Position numbers and translations under genes: made by a program
Assembly: GCA_949292375.1 (NCBI GenBank)
Contig: CASEZG010000009.1
Location: 4,766 to 68,765, forward strand
Source of the DNA: an uncultured Pseudomonadota bacterium
GTDB lineage: Bacteria > Pseudomonadota > Alphaproteobacteria > RF32 > CAG-239
Length of the DNA stretch: 64,000 bases
Reading direction: 5' to 3'
Notes under the pieces: generated by a model
The model's input: the letters and a program-made list of their open reading frames with translations, nothing else
Told to the model about the DNA's origin: nothing
The model's database searches: none
Shown here: positions 35,460 to 46,022 of the stretch, piece after piece
How positions within the stretch are numbered: the stretch's first letter is position 1
Layout: the number at the start of each line of letters is the position of its first letter

Positions 35460-37346
35460 TCAACGGCTAGTTCCGACCTCTACTTCTTCGCCGACGAGCG
35501 TTTCTTCTATATACTCATCCGAACATTGTGGACCGATGCAACGTTTCAGAACGGTTGCTTTACGTCCGGGGGTTAGCCCTTTGACACGGATGGACGGAAC
35601 ATAAACCGACTCTATTTGAATTTTGAAGACTAAATATCCCAGATTTCCGGCTTCATCGGTAATATAGACTTTAATCTTATATTCTCCGACGTCGGAGGGC
35701 ATGGCGACTCCTTCAAAACTGTGGGTGTCTTCGTTAAACTTGAGCCATTTTGGCAGCGGAGAATCGTCGATTAAGCCGGCTTTGGTTGTGATTTTTCCTT
35801 CCAAATCCATTTTATCAAAAATGGCTTGCGGAATCTCGACATAGATTCTTTGTCCGGTTTCAAGCTTTAAATCCGGCATTAATTTTGATGAAGATAAGTT
35901 AACCGGCGGACGTTTGCTTGGAACATCTAACAGATATGGTCTGTTATCGGGTAAAAATTCGCCTTTACGCCATTTTTCCAAAACATTGCGCAAATATACG
36001 GCTATCTTGGAGGGTTTTTCTTCCAACATAAAGTATGGTAATGCATCCAGACCGATGGTGGCATATAAGTTGCCTAACGACTCTTGAACATCCGTATATG
36101 CGGCAAAAGCTGCGGCCTCATCTTCAATAGCTCTGGCTGCTTCTAGCTGGCTTTTTTCTGCTTTGCTGCCGTTCTCAAGAGTGGTGTCTTCAGCTATGTT
36201 CTCTGAGGTGTTTGCTATCTCTTGGCTGATTTGATAGTCCTCAACAGATGACATGTATTGTGCCCAAGATACATATACCTGGCTTAAGATTAAAGTTGTC
36301 ATTCTTTGACGACGCAAAGATTTTAAATCATTGGCTGAAAGCTTTTTAGTGTTTTCAAAAACATTCAAACCAACTTCTCTTGCTTTTTTGGACCAGAGAC
36401 GATTGTAGTAGTTCGGGTCATTACGATATTTGCTTAGAGATGGGTCTTCGAATCCTTTGATGCGAATTTTTAACTCATCAGCATTTGTGAATAAATCCTG
36501 TACTCTGAGTTCCGGACGGTTGGTTAAGGCTAACCATTCCAATTGAGCCAAATCCGTCTTCAAAGAAGGGAGCTCAAAGTTGCCGTATTCGGGACCAACA
36601 AGTTTATATTCGGTTGAGGGGTGAAAACCCATCAGGCTTGCCAATCTGACTTCTGCCGTTTCCATATCGCGCTTTAGCATTGAAAGATTTTTGACGGCTT
36701 CCATGTATTTTCTTTTTTTAACCAGCTCCGCACGATCCGGACTTTTGCCGTCTTTTGCCAAAGCCTTGGCGGCAACGTTCATGTCATCAACCTGCAGAGT
36801 CATATATTCAACCATATTATCAATTAAGGGGAGGAGTTTTTGAGCCTCTAAGGTCTTCCAATAAAGTGTACGGGTTTCCTGCAAAATGTTATGAATTACT
36901 TTGCGGCTTTGTTCAAAAGATATTGACTTAGCATAAGAAGGATCTTGGGTTTGATAATATACGGTTGAAATATCCAAAATGTTCCATGCTACTTTTAAAT
37001 CAGGACTTAAATTTGATGAGCTGTTGGTGTTTACATAACCGGCGTTGCTCATAATTTCGGGAAGATGCGAAACATTCTGACCTGCTTTCAACAGACTTTG
37101 TTCATAGCTGACCATCCGGCGAGAATAGTTGTATTTTAATGCCAGAGCCATTGCCATATACATATCAATGGGTTTCTCTATCTTACGAGGGCTGCGGACA
37201 AACATATTTTGCATATCGACGTCAGCACGAATGGCCCTGTCCCAATCTGTGTAATATGCCGGTGATGGACGATTATCCGGTGTGTTTTGATTGCAGGATG
37301 CCAACATAAACACAGCCCCGAGAAAAGCAAGTATAGATTTTTTCAT
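35460..37346 (-). CDS. TolC/OEP-like outer-membrane lipoprotein with C-terminal cadherin-like (dystroglycan-type) domain
   Basis: Lipobox MKKSILAFLGAVFMLASC. Two OEP-like halves (ALALKYNYS..., LALTNRPELRVQ...). C-terminus LPKWLKFNEDTHSFEGVAMPSDVGEYKIKVYITDEAGN matches the LPxWLxF..G.P..dvGxY pattern. Confidence 0.6.
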   Translation of the reverse strand: MKKSILAFLGAVFMLASCNQNTPDNRPSPAYYTDWDRAIRADVDMQNMFVRSPRKIEKPIDMYMAMALALKYNYSRRMVSYEQSLLKAGQNVSHLPEIMSNAGYVNTNSSSNLSPDLKVAWNILDISTVYYQTQDPSYAKSISFEQSRKVIHNILQETRTLYWKTLEAQKLLPLIDNMVEYMTLQVDDMNVAAKALAKDGKSPDRAELVKKRKYMEAVKNLSMLKRDMETAEVRLASLMGFHPSTEYKLVGPEYGNFELPSLKTDLAQLEWLALTNRPELRVQDLFTNADELKIRIKGFEDPSLSKYRNDPNYYNRLWSKKAREVGLNVFENTKKLSANDLKSLRRQRMTTLILSQVYVSWAQYMSSVEDYQISQEIANTSENIAEDTTLENGSKAEKSQLEAARAIEDEAAAFAAYTDVQESLGNLYATIGLDALPYFMLEEKPSKIAVYLRNVLEKWRKGEFLPDNRPYLLDVPSKRPPVNLSSSKLMPDLKLETGQRIYVEIPQAIFDKMDLEGKITTKAGLIDDSPLPKWLKFNEDTHSFEGVAMPSDVGEYKIKVYITDEAGNLGYLVFKIQIESVYVPSIRVKGLTPGRKATVLKRCIGPQCSDEYIEETLVGEEVEVGTSR

Positions 37347-37508
37347 AACTCAAAACCCTTAATTTATGCATAAATTCAACCGCTTTGCTTCTTTGGAATA
37401 CAAAGCTTCTATGATATCTTTATATCAATATTTTGAATCTGAACAGTATTTATTTGCTTTTATTCAACTTTCATGTATAAAATATTTCCATAATCATTAT
37501 TAGGGCAG

Positions 37509-38294
37509 ATGAACAGTATGTCTGAGATATTTAATACTATTTTTAAATACAAAGAAAAACAAAGTCCTGACAAGCTCGGATTGTATCCGGAGCGTGTGCA
37601 TGTTGAGGCAATGCCTGAAAGAAGGTATCTTTGGGCTTCCCGTGTGTTGGTTATTTTGTCTTGTTTGAGCATTAGCCTTAATATGATGTTGGCTGCGACA
37701 ATTTATCTTTTGTTGCCCCAGCGAACAGTTTATCCGCGCTTGTTCCAAATTAATAAATATTTCAGTATGTTGGAGCAAGTTCAGCCGGCAGAAATTAATT
37801 TTCCCGTGAGTGACCTTATTACCGAAGAGCATATTACCGAATATATTATGCTTCGTTATATTGTTACTTCAGATTATGATGAACTTGTTTCTCGTTGGGC
37901 TAAAGGTAATATTTTGTATTGGTATTCGGCTCGTGATGTTTATGATGATTTTGCTAAAAATGATGTGCAGAACAATATTATGCAGTTTCGTGAAAAATCT
38001 TTGCAACGCGATGTCGAAATTGAATGGATTAAACCTTTGGCTAAGGGTTTGTGGCAGGTTCAGTTTAAGACACTGGATTATCTGCCGGAGTATGATTATC
38101 CCGTTATAAATATTTGGCGTGCAACACTGCGAATCAGCTATGTTAAAATTCCGTTTATTCGCCGAGATGATGGGGTTCTTAATCCTTATGGATTCCTTGT
38201 TAACAATTTTTCTTTAGCTTATCACGGCACACCTGAAACCTCAGCTCATTATCTCGAAACGGCTAAAAAAGTTACGGAAGAACTCTATAAATAG
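37509..38294 (+). CDS. virB8: VirB8-family (type IV secretion) protein
   Basis: Short cytoplasmic N-terminus, ERRYLWASRV followed by one TM, LLPQRTVYPRLFQIN, ITEYIMLRYIV, W.V.F, and C-terminal NPYGFLVNNFS. Colinear with Brucella/Agrobacterium VirB8 (ERRAWW, PLKTVEPYVIRVD, NPLGFQVTSYR). Confidence 0.7.
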   Translation: MNSMSEIFNTIFKYKEKQSPDKLGLYPERVHVEAMPERRYLWASRVLVILSCLSISLNMMLAATIYLLLPQRTVYPRLFQINKYFSMLEQVQPAEINFPVSDLITEEHITEYIMLRYIVTSDYDELVSRWAKGNILYWYSARDVYDDFAKNDVQNNIMQFREKSLQRDVEIEWIKPLAKGLWQVQFKTLDYLPEYDYPVINIWRATLRISYVKIPFIRRDDGVLNPYGFLVNNFSLAYHGTPETSAHYLETAKKVTEELYK

Positions 38295-38387
38295 AAACAT
38301 TGTTGTTGTTTGTGTTTATGCGGATGGGGCTTGCTGAATGCAGAGCTTTTGTGCGAATGTTTTGTTTGTGTGTTTGGGATAATTCTT

Positions 38388-40370
38388 TTAGAGATTTTTC
38401 ATTGCTAAAAATTCGAGTTCTTTGATTTTGTCGCGATAGATGACGGCTGTTTCAAATTCCAGATTGGCCGCCGCATCTTTCATAAGTTTGGTGTATTCTT
38501 TTATCTTCTTATCTATATTTTTGATTTCTTCAACATCTTTGCTGTCATCTTTAACAAAGTCGGTTTCGGTCATTTCTTTTAGGGTTGAAGAAATGCTCTT
38601 TTTGATGGTCTTGGGGGTAATGCCATGTTCGGCATTGTAATTCATTTGTTTTTCGCGGCGGCGTTGTGTTTCATCTAAAGCCTGCTTTATAGAACCGGTT
38701 ATTTTGTCGGCATATAAAATAACCTTACCTTCGGCATTACGTGCAGCGCGTCCGATGGTTTGAATCAGTGACCTTGTAGAGCGCAAAAAGCCTTCTTTAT
38801 CCGCATCTAAAATAGCTACAAGCGAGCATTCGGGAATGTCCAAACCTTCTCTCAGCAGGTTAATACCGACCAAAACGTCAAAAATACCTAACCTTAAATC
38901 ACGGATAATTTCTATACGCTCCAAAGTATCAATATCAGAGTGTAGGTATCGTACTTTTATGCCGTTGTCATTGAGATATTCGGTTAAATCTTCCGCCATC
39001 TTTTTGGTCAAAGTTGTTACCAAAACGCGTTCGCCTTTGGCGATGACTTTGCGGCATTCTTCCATGAGGTCATCAATCTGGTTTTCTACCGGACGAACAA
39101 CGCAAACAGGATCCGCTAATCCTGTCGGACGAATGACTTGTTCGACAAAGCTTCCGCCGCTTTGCTCCAGTTCCCAATCTCCGGGGGTGGCGGATACAAA
39201 AATTGTTTGACTGCGCATGGCGTCCCATTCAGCAAATTTCAGTGGTCTGTTATCAACGCAAGAAGGTAGCCTAAAACCATAGTTTGCTAGGGTAGATTTA
39301 CGATTATAGTCACCACGGAACATTCCGCCGATTTGTGGTACGGAAATGTGACTTTCATCAATAAAGATGATGGCATTCGGTGGTAGATATTCAAACAATG
39401 TCGGCGGTGGTGCGCCTGCCGGTCTGCCGGTCAGGTAGCGTGAATAGTTTTCAATGCCCTTACAATGTCCCGTTGCTTCTAACATTTCTAAGTCAAAACG
39501 CGTGCGTTGTTCCAGCCTTTGAGCCTCCAGTAGTTTATTCTGACTTTTCAACTCTTCTAAACGTTCTTTCAGTTCTTCCTTAATATGCACGATAGCTTGT
39601 GAAAGAGCCGGACGCGGCGTTACATAGTGGTTGGCCGGATAGACCGTTACTTCTTTTAACTCTGCTGTTTTTTTTCCGGTTAGAGAATCGAACTCGCAGA
39701 TACTTTCAATTTCATCTCCGAAGAAGGAAATTCGCCAGGCTCGGTCTTCGTAGTGTGCCGGAAAAATATCCAAAACATCTCCTTGTACGCGGAAGGTGCT
39801 GCGGACAAAATTTTGTTGGTTGCGCTCATACTGCAGCTCTGCCAAACGATGATAAACCTCTTTGGGTTCAATCTCATCACCGACTTTGAGGGGAATGGTC
39901 ATTTGCGAATAAGATTCCACATCTCCCAAACCATAAATGCAGGAAACAGATGCAACAATAATTACATCATTGCTTTCCAAAATGTTGCGTGTGGCGGCGT
40001 TGCGCATTCGGTCTATTTGTTCATTGATTGCCGAATCTTTTTCAATGTAAGTATCTGTTTTGGGTACATAGGCTTCCGGTTGGTAATAATCATAGTAGGA
40101 AACAAAATATTCTACATGATTGTTTGGAAAAAATTCTTTCATTTCCGAATAGAGTTGTGCTGCCAAGATTTTGTTTGGAGCCATTATTAGAGCAGGACGT
40201 TTGCTTTGTTCAATAACCTTGGCCATAGTAAAGGTTTTACCGCTTCCGGTAACCCCCAATAAAACCTGATTTTTTTCTCCGTTTTTGATGCCTTCGCAAA
40301 GTTCTTTAATTGCTTGGGGTTGATCTCCGGCGGGAGCGAAAGGACTTTCTATTTTGAAGTCGTGTGCCAT
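38388..40370 (-). CDS. uvrB: excinuclease ABC subunit B
   Basis: [21 protein letters not shown], Walker [13 protein letters not shown] box, helicase motifs, C-terminal UVR domain. The ATG at 40370 is preferred over the ORF-track start. Confidence 0.96.
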   Translation of the reverse strand: MAHDFKIESPFAPAGDQPQAIKELCEGIKNGEKNQVLLGVTGSGKTFTMAKVIEQSKRPALIMAPNKILAAQLYSEMKEFFPNNHVEYFVSYYDYYQPEAYVPKTDTYIEKDSAINEQIDRMRNAATRNILESNDVIIVASVSCIYGLGDVESYSQMTIPLKVGDEIEPKEVYHRLAELQYERNQQNFVRSTFRVQGDVLDIFPAHYEDRAWRISFFGDEIESICEFDSLTGKKTAELKEVTVYPANHYVTPRPALSQAIVHIKEELKERLEELKSQNKLLEAQRLEQRTRFDLEMLEATGHCKGIENYSRYLTGRPAGAPPPTLFEYLPPNAIIFIDESHISVPQIGGMFRGDYNRKSTLANYGFRLPSCVDNRPLKFAEWDAMRSQTIFVSATPGDWELEQSGGSFVEQVIRPTGLADPVCVVRPVENQIDDLMEECRKVIAKGERVLVTTLTKKMAEDLTEYLNDNGIKVRYLHSDIDTLERIEIIRDLRLGIFDVLVGINLLREGLDIPECSLVAILDADKEGFLRSTRSLIQTIGRAARNAEGKVILYADKITGSIKQALDETQRRREKQMNYNAEHGITPKTIKKSISSTLKEMTETDFVKDDSKDVEEIKNIDKKIKEYTKLMKDAAANLEFETAVIYRDKIKELEFLAMKNL

Positions 40371-40380
40371 TTCTTTTCCC

Positions 40381-42957
40381 TTATTTCTTCTCGGGCTCCG
40401 CGGTATCATTTTGTCTTAGCGAATCGGAATAAATTTTGGAGAAGTTGCTATAGGCTGATACATCATTTATCAGTTTATTGATAGAGTTAATATCAATCTT
40501 ATCTTCTTCAAGTTGTCCGGTTAATAAGTTAAAGACACTCGCATATTTTGTATCTTTGAAATAAGGCATAAATTTATTTCTTAAGCGAACTATAACTGTT
40601 TCTTTGCCGGATTTTTTCAGTGCGGTGGCCCAATCTAAAATATAGCTCATTTGTTCTTCGCTTAGAGGCTTACCCGGTGTGGGCTTTTCAATAAGGTATT
40701 TAATGTTATCCGAAGCAGGTCCCCAAAGTCCGGCGTTCCAGAATATTTCACTTTTCAGTAAAATGGCATTTTTGCTGTAGTCGTCTTTCAGCAGATTAAG
40801 AGCTTCTTCTTGGCGACCTAAGTTGCTTAGTGCTTTTGCACGGATAATTTTGCGTTGCAGGAATAGAGTTTCAGGAATGCTGCGGTGTTCCGTGTCATCT
40901 AATAGGCGTAAGGCTTCACCGTCTTTATCGTTAAATAGGTAAACCAGAGCTAATCTTGTACCTGTTTTGGCTCTGTCTATGGGTGTCATAGGAATGTTTT
41001 TCAGCTGATTGCTTAAAAGATTTTCGGCTCTATCCAATAAGTCAACGGCGACTAATCTGTCGCTTAATTTTTGGACTATTGTATTATATTTGCTGCTTTT
41101 GGCGGCAAGCCATTCGTAGTCATCATAGAGAGCTAATGATTTTAAGGCAGAAAGATGATCTGCTTCATTATTTATGTATATATTTTCAAACAGCAGGACC
41201 ATACGCTCTTCAACTTCATCTTTGTGCTCGGGAGCAATATAATCTCTTAGCTCTTTTAGCGTGCGTAAGGCGTTGCTGAAATCTTTTTTTCGGGCATACA
41301 TATCGGCTAAACCATCTAATAAGCTTAGTTTAAAATTCTTTTCTCCCCAAGCATAGCGTAGACGCTCATATTCTGCTATGGCTTTGTCCAGAGGAAATAA
41401 ATTGAGCTTTAGCCCAAGAGATACAATCTCTTTACGTGCCAGAGATGTATATTTTAACGAATCTAGAGAAAGAATTTTTTTGTATTCGTTTACGGCACTC
41501 ATCGGAGAACCTTGCAGAACCAATTTCTTTGCGGATAGATAATGTACTGCCGGAACTAGTCTTTCCGGATGTTTGCTGTTTTTCAAAATATCAATGAAGT
41601 TTTGGGTAGATAAATCATCTCCCGCATTGAGTGCAATGTTTGCTCCGACCAGAGCGATACGATCTTTAACCTCGTCCGGATAATCTCTTATCAGTGAGAT
41701 AAAAGAAAGTAAAATTCCGCTGTATTCATCTTTGTATTCAAGTGCGGCTTCAGAAAGTGTACGCCAAAAAATAGCTTCATTTATTGTCGGCAGTTTTCCG
41801 TAAGAAAAGTCTTCAATGGCTTGTTCGTAGCGGTTGGCAAGAAAGTTTGCTACGCCGGAGAGCCCGTGCAAACGATCTGTCTTAGCTTCAGGTGCGTCTG
41901 ATTTTTTGATGGGGTTGATTATTCCTAAAGCGTTTGTCCCCAAACCTTTCATAACATAATATTGTGCTAGGGCAAGCTTTGCTTTGGTTTTTTGTTCTTC
42001 AGGCGCAGCGGCAATGTCGTTTTTTAATTGTTCTTCAGCTTCCAGAAAAGGAAGACTCATCAGTTCAGCTTTATTCTTTGCGGCTAACGGCGATAGCTCT
42101 GACGAATCTTGTTCCAAAAGGGCTTGTCTCTTTAAAAATTCCAAATTATGCGAAATATTTAAACCTCTTTCATAGCCTTGAATCGAAATACCGGAGTTGG
42201 CTCTGTTAACGATTATGTCATTTGTTTTTGATACGATAGCAACACCTTGGTAAGAACTTAATATTTCAAGCTCAGGATAGGTATAGTTTTTTTCTATACC
42301 TACGCCGATGTCCATGCTTGGAGCCAGAATCAACGTATCACCGATTTCAGGATCCAGCGTAGAGATTATATTACCAGAGTTGGGCAAAGGAACAAAAAGA
42401 TATGGTTGTTTTCGGCTGTCATATTGAGTAAACGCTTGCAGATAATTGTGTATTTCGTCTGGGAAGGGTTTGCTCAGCAAGTCTACTACCCACAAAAGAC
42501 CTTCTTTGCGAACTGTATAGAAAGTTTCGTCTTTGAGTTTTAATCTTAAAATTAAGGCCTGGTAATTGGGAATTTGAACAAGTTCTTCTACCATTCGAGC
42601 TGAGTTTTTGGCCATTTCTTCAATGTCTAGAGTTTGAGAGTGGTCAAATGCTATCCACAGATAATCGCCTCTTTGGAAAACAGCTAATCCGACAGGAATG
42701 TTCCAGGGAAAACTTAAGCTGATGCTTTGGTGCGACGGCGTATTTATTTGAGGATTGGCTATTTCGTTCCTGTTGCTGATGGTTGTGCTGCTCCGTGTTT
42801 CAATCGGTTTGATTTGTGCCGTTGTTACGGGAGCAATGGAAACAGCCTTTTCTACGGAAGATTGAGCCTCAATAGTGTTTATACAAGAGAAAAACAGTGC
42901 GAGGCATAAAATACGCCCGTACAAACTACTTAGTTTATTTTTAGTTGTTTTTCTCAC
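40381..42957 (-). CDS. large secreted TPR-repeat protein of the flagellar cluster (858 aa)
   Basis: Signal peptide. N-terminal beta-rich region, then many TPR-like helices ([22 protein letters not shown]...). Directly follows motE on the same strand. Confidence 0.6.
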   Translation of the reverse strand: MRKTTKNKLSSLYGRILCLALFFSCINTIEAQSSVEKAVSIAPVTTAQIKPIETRSSTTISNRNEIANPQINTPSHQSISLSFPWNIPVGLAVFQRGDYLWIAFDHSQTLDIEEMAKNSARMVEELVQIPNYQALILRLKLKDETFYTVRKEGLLWVVDLLSKPFPDEIHNYLQAFTQYDSRKQPYLFVPLPNSGNIISTLDPEIGDTLILAPSMDIGVGIEKNYTYPELEILSSYQGVAIVSKTNDIIVNRANSGISIQGYERGLNISHNLEFLKRQALLEQDSSELSPLAAKNKAELMSLPFLEAEEQLKNDIAAAPEEQKTKAKLALAQYYVMKGLGTNALGIINPIKKSDAPEAKTDRLHGLSGVANFLANRYEQAIEDFSYGKLPTINEAIFWRTLSEAALEYKDEYSGILLSFISLIRDYPDEVKDRIALVGANIALNAGDDLSTQNFIDILKNSKHPERLVPAVHYLSAKKLVLQGSPMSAVNEYKKILSLDSLKYTSLARKEIVSLGLKLNLFPLDKAIAEYERLRYAWGEKNFKLSLLDGLADMYARKKDFSNALRTLKELRDYIAPEHKDEVEERMVLLFENIYINNEADHLSALKSLALYDDYEWLAAKSSKYNTIVQKLSDRLVAVDLLDRAENLLSNQLKNIPMTPIDRAKTGTRLALVYLFNDKDGEALRLLDDTEHRSIPETLFLQRKIIRAKALSNLGRQEEALNLLKDDYSKNAILLKSEIFWNAGLWGPASDNIKYLIEKPTPGKPLSEEQMSYILDWATALKKSGKETVIVRLRNKFMPYFKDTKYASVFNLLTGQLEEDKIDINSINKLINDVSAYSNFSKIYSDSLRQNDTAEPEKK

Positions 42958-42974
42958 GTGTGTTTTCCAGGTTA

Positions 42975-43628
42975 TTAGATACTGTTACCAATAATTTGAT
43001 CTGTTACTGCTTTGGCCTTTGAAGCATCCATTTGCGAAACAATGGCAGATGCGGAAGAAGGCTTCATTGCTCGTAGCAGGGAAGCTGCCGTTTCAATATC
43101 TAAGGTGTTAAATATTCTTGCGGCACTTTGTGGTTTCATGCTGGTGTACATTTTTACCAAAGATGCTAATTTCTCTTTTTCTTGGTCGTTATATTGATTA
43201 ATTAGTTTCTTTAGCTTTGTTTCATATTCTTTAAGTTGGGTTAGCTTTTTATCTATTTCTTCTTCAGCTACTTTTAGTTGGACTGCTTTTTTATCTATTT
43301 CTCTGCTGCGCAAATCCAGAGCTTCTCGGCGCTCAGCCAGTTCTTGAAGAATCATTACTTCGGACTGAGAAAAGGTGTTGTTTTCCTTTCCGCCGCTAGC
43401 GTTTGGGGTTTGTCCTCTTTCTGTTTGCGCGAGTACTTTGCTTAAGTCTGCGGTTTCCTTGGAGGCTTTTTCTTCAGCCCAAGCATCGCTTTGTCCGATA
43501 ATCAGGGCGCGGTTATCGGCATTCTTTAATGAATCAAAAACATTGTTAACCCGAATTGATAAGGTCAATACGGCTAAAAAAATAAAAATCGGCAAGATGC
43601 GAAAGTTGTTTTTGAATTTGTTAAACAT
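42975..43628 (-). CDS. motE: MotE-like flagellar motility protein (MgtE-N-like fold)
   Basis: N-terminal TM, coiled coil, and C-terminal KMYTSMKPQSAARIFNTLDIETAASLLRAMKPSSASAIVSQMDASKAKAVTDQI. Confidence 0.65.
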   Translation of the reverse strand: MFNKFKNNFRILPIFIFLAVLTLSIRVNNVFDSLKNADNRALIIGQSDAWAEEKASKETADLSKVLAQTERGQTPNASGGKENNTFSQSEVMILQELAERREALDLRSREIDKKAVQLKVAEEEIDKKLTQLKEYETKLKKLINQYNDQEKEKLASLVKMYTSMKPQSAARIFNTLDIETAASLLRAMKPSSASAIVSQMDASKAKAVTDQIIGNSI

Positions 43629-43637
43629 TGATATTCC

Positions 43638-44126
43638 TTATTTTATTGCTCGTAAGGCTTTTAATAATTCAAGCTCTGCTTCTGAACGAGAATCTGAAAT
43701 TTCAAACGTATCTTCTTCTATACTATTTGTTTTATTTGCGGAAGTCTTTTTTGCGCTTAAAATTCCGGATGTTTTGTTTTGTGTTTTTTCTTCGCGGATG
43801 TTCCTACCGTCTTTTATCATGACTTCAAGTCTGTCAGCAAGATTATCTGCTCTTTCGTTGATGAAGGTAAGGTCATCTTTTAGGGTCTTGGCACTGTCAA
43901 CAACTTCCTTAAGTCCTTCGGAAGAATGTTCCGTTACGGATTTTAGCTTCGGAATAGAGTTTTCAGCTTTGAATGTTGCTTCATTTAATGACTGAACTAA
44001 TTGTGACAGACTTTTTTGATTCTGTCTTAAAATGCTCAAGTTTTTGTTGAGGCGATAAGCAAAGATGATGGTCGGGATAAGAAGACCTATGATGACAAGA
44101 TTGATGATTAATTCAAAACTATCCAT
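43638..44126 (-). CDS. membrane-anchored coiled-coil protein conserved in alphaproteobacterial flagellar clusters (DUF6468-like)
   Basis: N-terminal TM LIINLVIIGLLIPTIIFAY followed by a coiled coil. Position between fliM and motE. Confidence 0.5.
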   Translation of the reverse strand: MDSFELIINLVIIGLLIPTIIFAYRLNKNLSILRQNQKSLSQLVQSLNEATFKAENSIPKLKSVTEHSSEGLKEVVDSAKTLKDDLTFINERADNLADRLEVMIKDGRNIREEKTQNKTSGILSAKKTSANKTNSIEEDTFEISDSRSEAELELLKALRAIK

Positions 44127-45204
44127 TGCGTTCGGCCTTATCTTTAATTTTTATTACAACATGATCTGACTTGCGTCCCATACTGCCTTTGAGCAAAGGC
44201 ACATCACCGCAGATGAGCGTGACATCGTCGGTAGGGAACATTTCAAGAGGGAGAAATGAACCTTTTTCCCATTGGGCTATTTCGCCTAAACTTATCATTT
44301 TTTCTTTTAAGATTGCCTTAATTTCGACATCTGTTTCCCAGAGTTGTTCCATTAAGTGGTTTTCCCAGATTGTATCTCTTCCGTAACGTTCACCCATGAA
44401 CATTTGTAAGAGAAGATCCCGAACGGGTTCCAGAGTGGCATAAGGAATCATAAGGTCGATTTTACCGCCTCGGTCTTCCATATCTATACGTAAATGGGCT
44501 ACAATTACGGCATTTGATAGGCGGGTGATGGTAGCAAAACGCGGATTTGTTTCTAAGCGATCGTATGCAAAGTTAACAGAAGTTACCGGATCAAAGGAGG
44601 TGGAGAGGTCTGACAAAATCAGCTCAATCATGTCCTTTACCAAGTTAAGTTCTATTGTCGTATAAGGACGTCCTTCTATGCGCATTGCCGCAGTTCCTCG
44701 TCTGCCTCCCAAAAGAACATCTACGATGGAATAAACAAGTGAAGAATCTACAGACATCAGTCCGTAATTGTCCCATTCTTCAGCCTTGAAAACTGCCAGC
44801 AAGGTTGGCAAAGTAAGGGAATCGATGTATTCGCCGAAACGCATGGACTCAATGTTATCTAAGGATACTTCAACGTTATCTTGTGTGAAGTTTCTCAGAG
44901 ATGTGGCCATCATTCTTATCAAGCGGTCAAAGACAATATCCAACATGGGAAGACGCTCATAAGACACCATGGAGGCATTTAAAATAGCCCGTACGCCGGT
45001 TTTCATCTCATAATTATCTTCTTCCTCATCCGGTGTGTAACCAAACAAAGAATCTATCTCTTCTTGGTTGAGAATCTTAGAATCCGCACCTTCGCTGCTG
45101 GCTAAAGGGGTTTCTCCGTCGTCGCGTACTTTAATGGCGTCGGCCCAGTTTTTATCTTCTGCCGTATTTGTTTGTGTTTCTTGATTTTTTATATCTTCTG
45201 CCAC
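44119..45204 (-). CDS. fliM: flagellar motor switch protein FliM
   Basis: AAGGA RBS with a GTG start. N-terminal CheY-binding-like LNQEEIDSLFG. Middle FliM domain and C-terminal SpoA-like domain. Confidence 0.9.
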   Translation of the reverse strand: MAEDIKNQETQTNTAEDKNWADAIKVRDDGETPLASSEGADSKILNQEEIDSLFGYTPDEEEDNYEMKTGVRAILNASMVSYERLPMLDIVFDRLIRMMATSLRNFTQDNVEVSLDNIESMRFGEYIDSLTLPTLLAVFKAEEWDNYGLMSVDSSLVYSIVDVLLGGRRGTAAMRIEGRPYTTIELNLVKDMIELILSDLSTSFDPVTSVNFAYDRLETNPRFATITRLSNAVIVAHLRIDMEDRGGKIDLMIPYATLEPVRDLLLQMFMGERYGRDTIWENHLMEQLWETDVEIKAILKEKMISLGEIAQWEKGSFLPLEMFPTDDVTLICGDVPLLKGSMGRKSDHVVIKIKDKAERNG

Positions 45205-45225
45205 TTTGTAATGTCCTTAATAGGG

Positions 45226-45762
45226 TTATTTATTCAGGTTGAAAGTCTTGATGTTGAGGTTGGCAACCACAACAGGACTAACAATCAGATTAATGCGGTA
45301 CAATAGTTCTTCTTTCAGCCAATATAAACCATTAGAACCATTTAGTTCATCCGGTGTAAGCTCTATGGTATGAGCTATTACGGCATCCATAATTTTTGGC
45401 ATAAGTCCTTCAATAATTTGAACATCTTCAACGTTATTTAGTTCTAGATTAAGCCGGAAGCTGATGTCTTGGGGGGCTCCCGTCTCATCCGTGATACGAA
45501 CGTTAATTTCCGGGATGTCGTAAAGTATGGTAACTTTGTTTTGTGAAGTTCCATCATCGTTGTTTACGGGGCGCTCAACAACAGCATATGATAAGTTTGT
45601 GTTTGGGCGGCTTTTTTTGCTTAAAACAGAATAAAAGCTAACGACCAAGCCTATTGCTATCAAGGCTGGCAATAGGAATATCAGAATTTTTTTGCGGTCA
45701 ATTTTTGTTTTGTTCTCGTCCGCCTCAGAATCTGTGTCAAAATCGTCGTCTAAATTTACCAT
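45226..45762 (-). CDS. fliL: flagellar basal-body-associated protein FliL
   Basis: Single TM after a charged N-terminus. FliL-type C-terminal domain (ISFRLNLELNN...ELLYRIN). Upstream of fliM. Confidence 0.8.
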   Translation of the reverse strand: MVNLDDDFDTDSEADENKTKIDRKKILIFLLPALIAIGLVVSFYSVLSKKSRPNTNLSYAVVERPVNNDDGTSQNKVTILYDIPEINVRITDETGAPQDISFRLNLELNNVEDVQIIEGLMPKIMDAVIAHTIELTPDELNGSNGLYWLKEELLYRINLIVSPVVVANLNIKTFNLNK

Positions 45763-46022
45763 GGTTGAACCTTAACAAAAGATTTGTTTTCTCCCATTTT
45801 ATAGTATTTTTTTTAGAATTAAACCATAAAAACGTACTTATTAAACGTATTTATAATTTTAACCATTATTTCAATATTTGGGGTATATAGTTTATTTGAA
45901 AAATATTAGATTATTCTAATTGTTACAGATATGTTAATCTTGTTTGTTTTCTGTGCTTTTGGCTAGAAAATACTGATGTGATATGGTAAGATGAATCGTG
46001 GCTTAGATAAGGTTTAAGAAGA

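Noticed and set aside
35140-35460. AT-rich 458-bp intergenic region with a DnaA-box-like TTATCCAC(T) near 35291, considered as a replication origin. A 24-codon ORF with an AAGGAG RBS (35267->35193, minus strand) was also noted.
   Set aside because: There is only one imperfect DnaA box, no cluster, and no dnaA, hemE or parAB context. The mini-ORF has no recognisable conservation signal and may be fortuitous.
45763-46022. Search for a sigma54 (GG-N10-GC) flagellar promoter in the divergent fliL / pilin-like intergenic region.
   Set aside because: The only TGGC-containing site (ttttggctagaaaatactg) lacks the -12 GC at the correct spacing.
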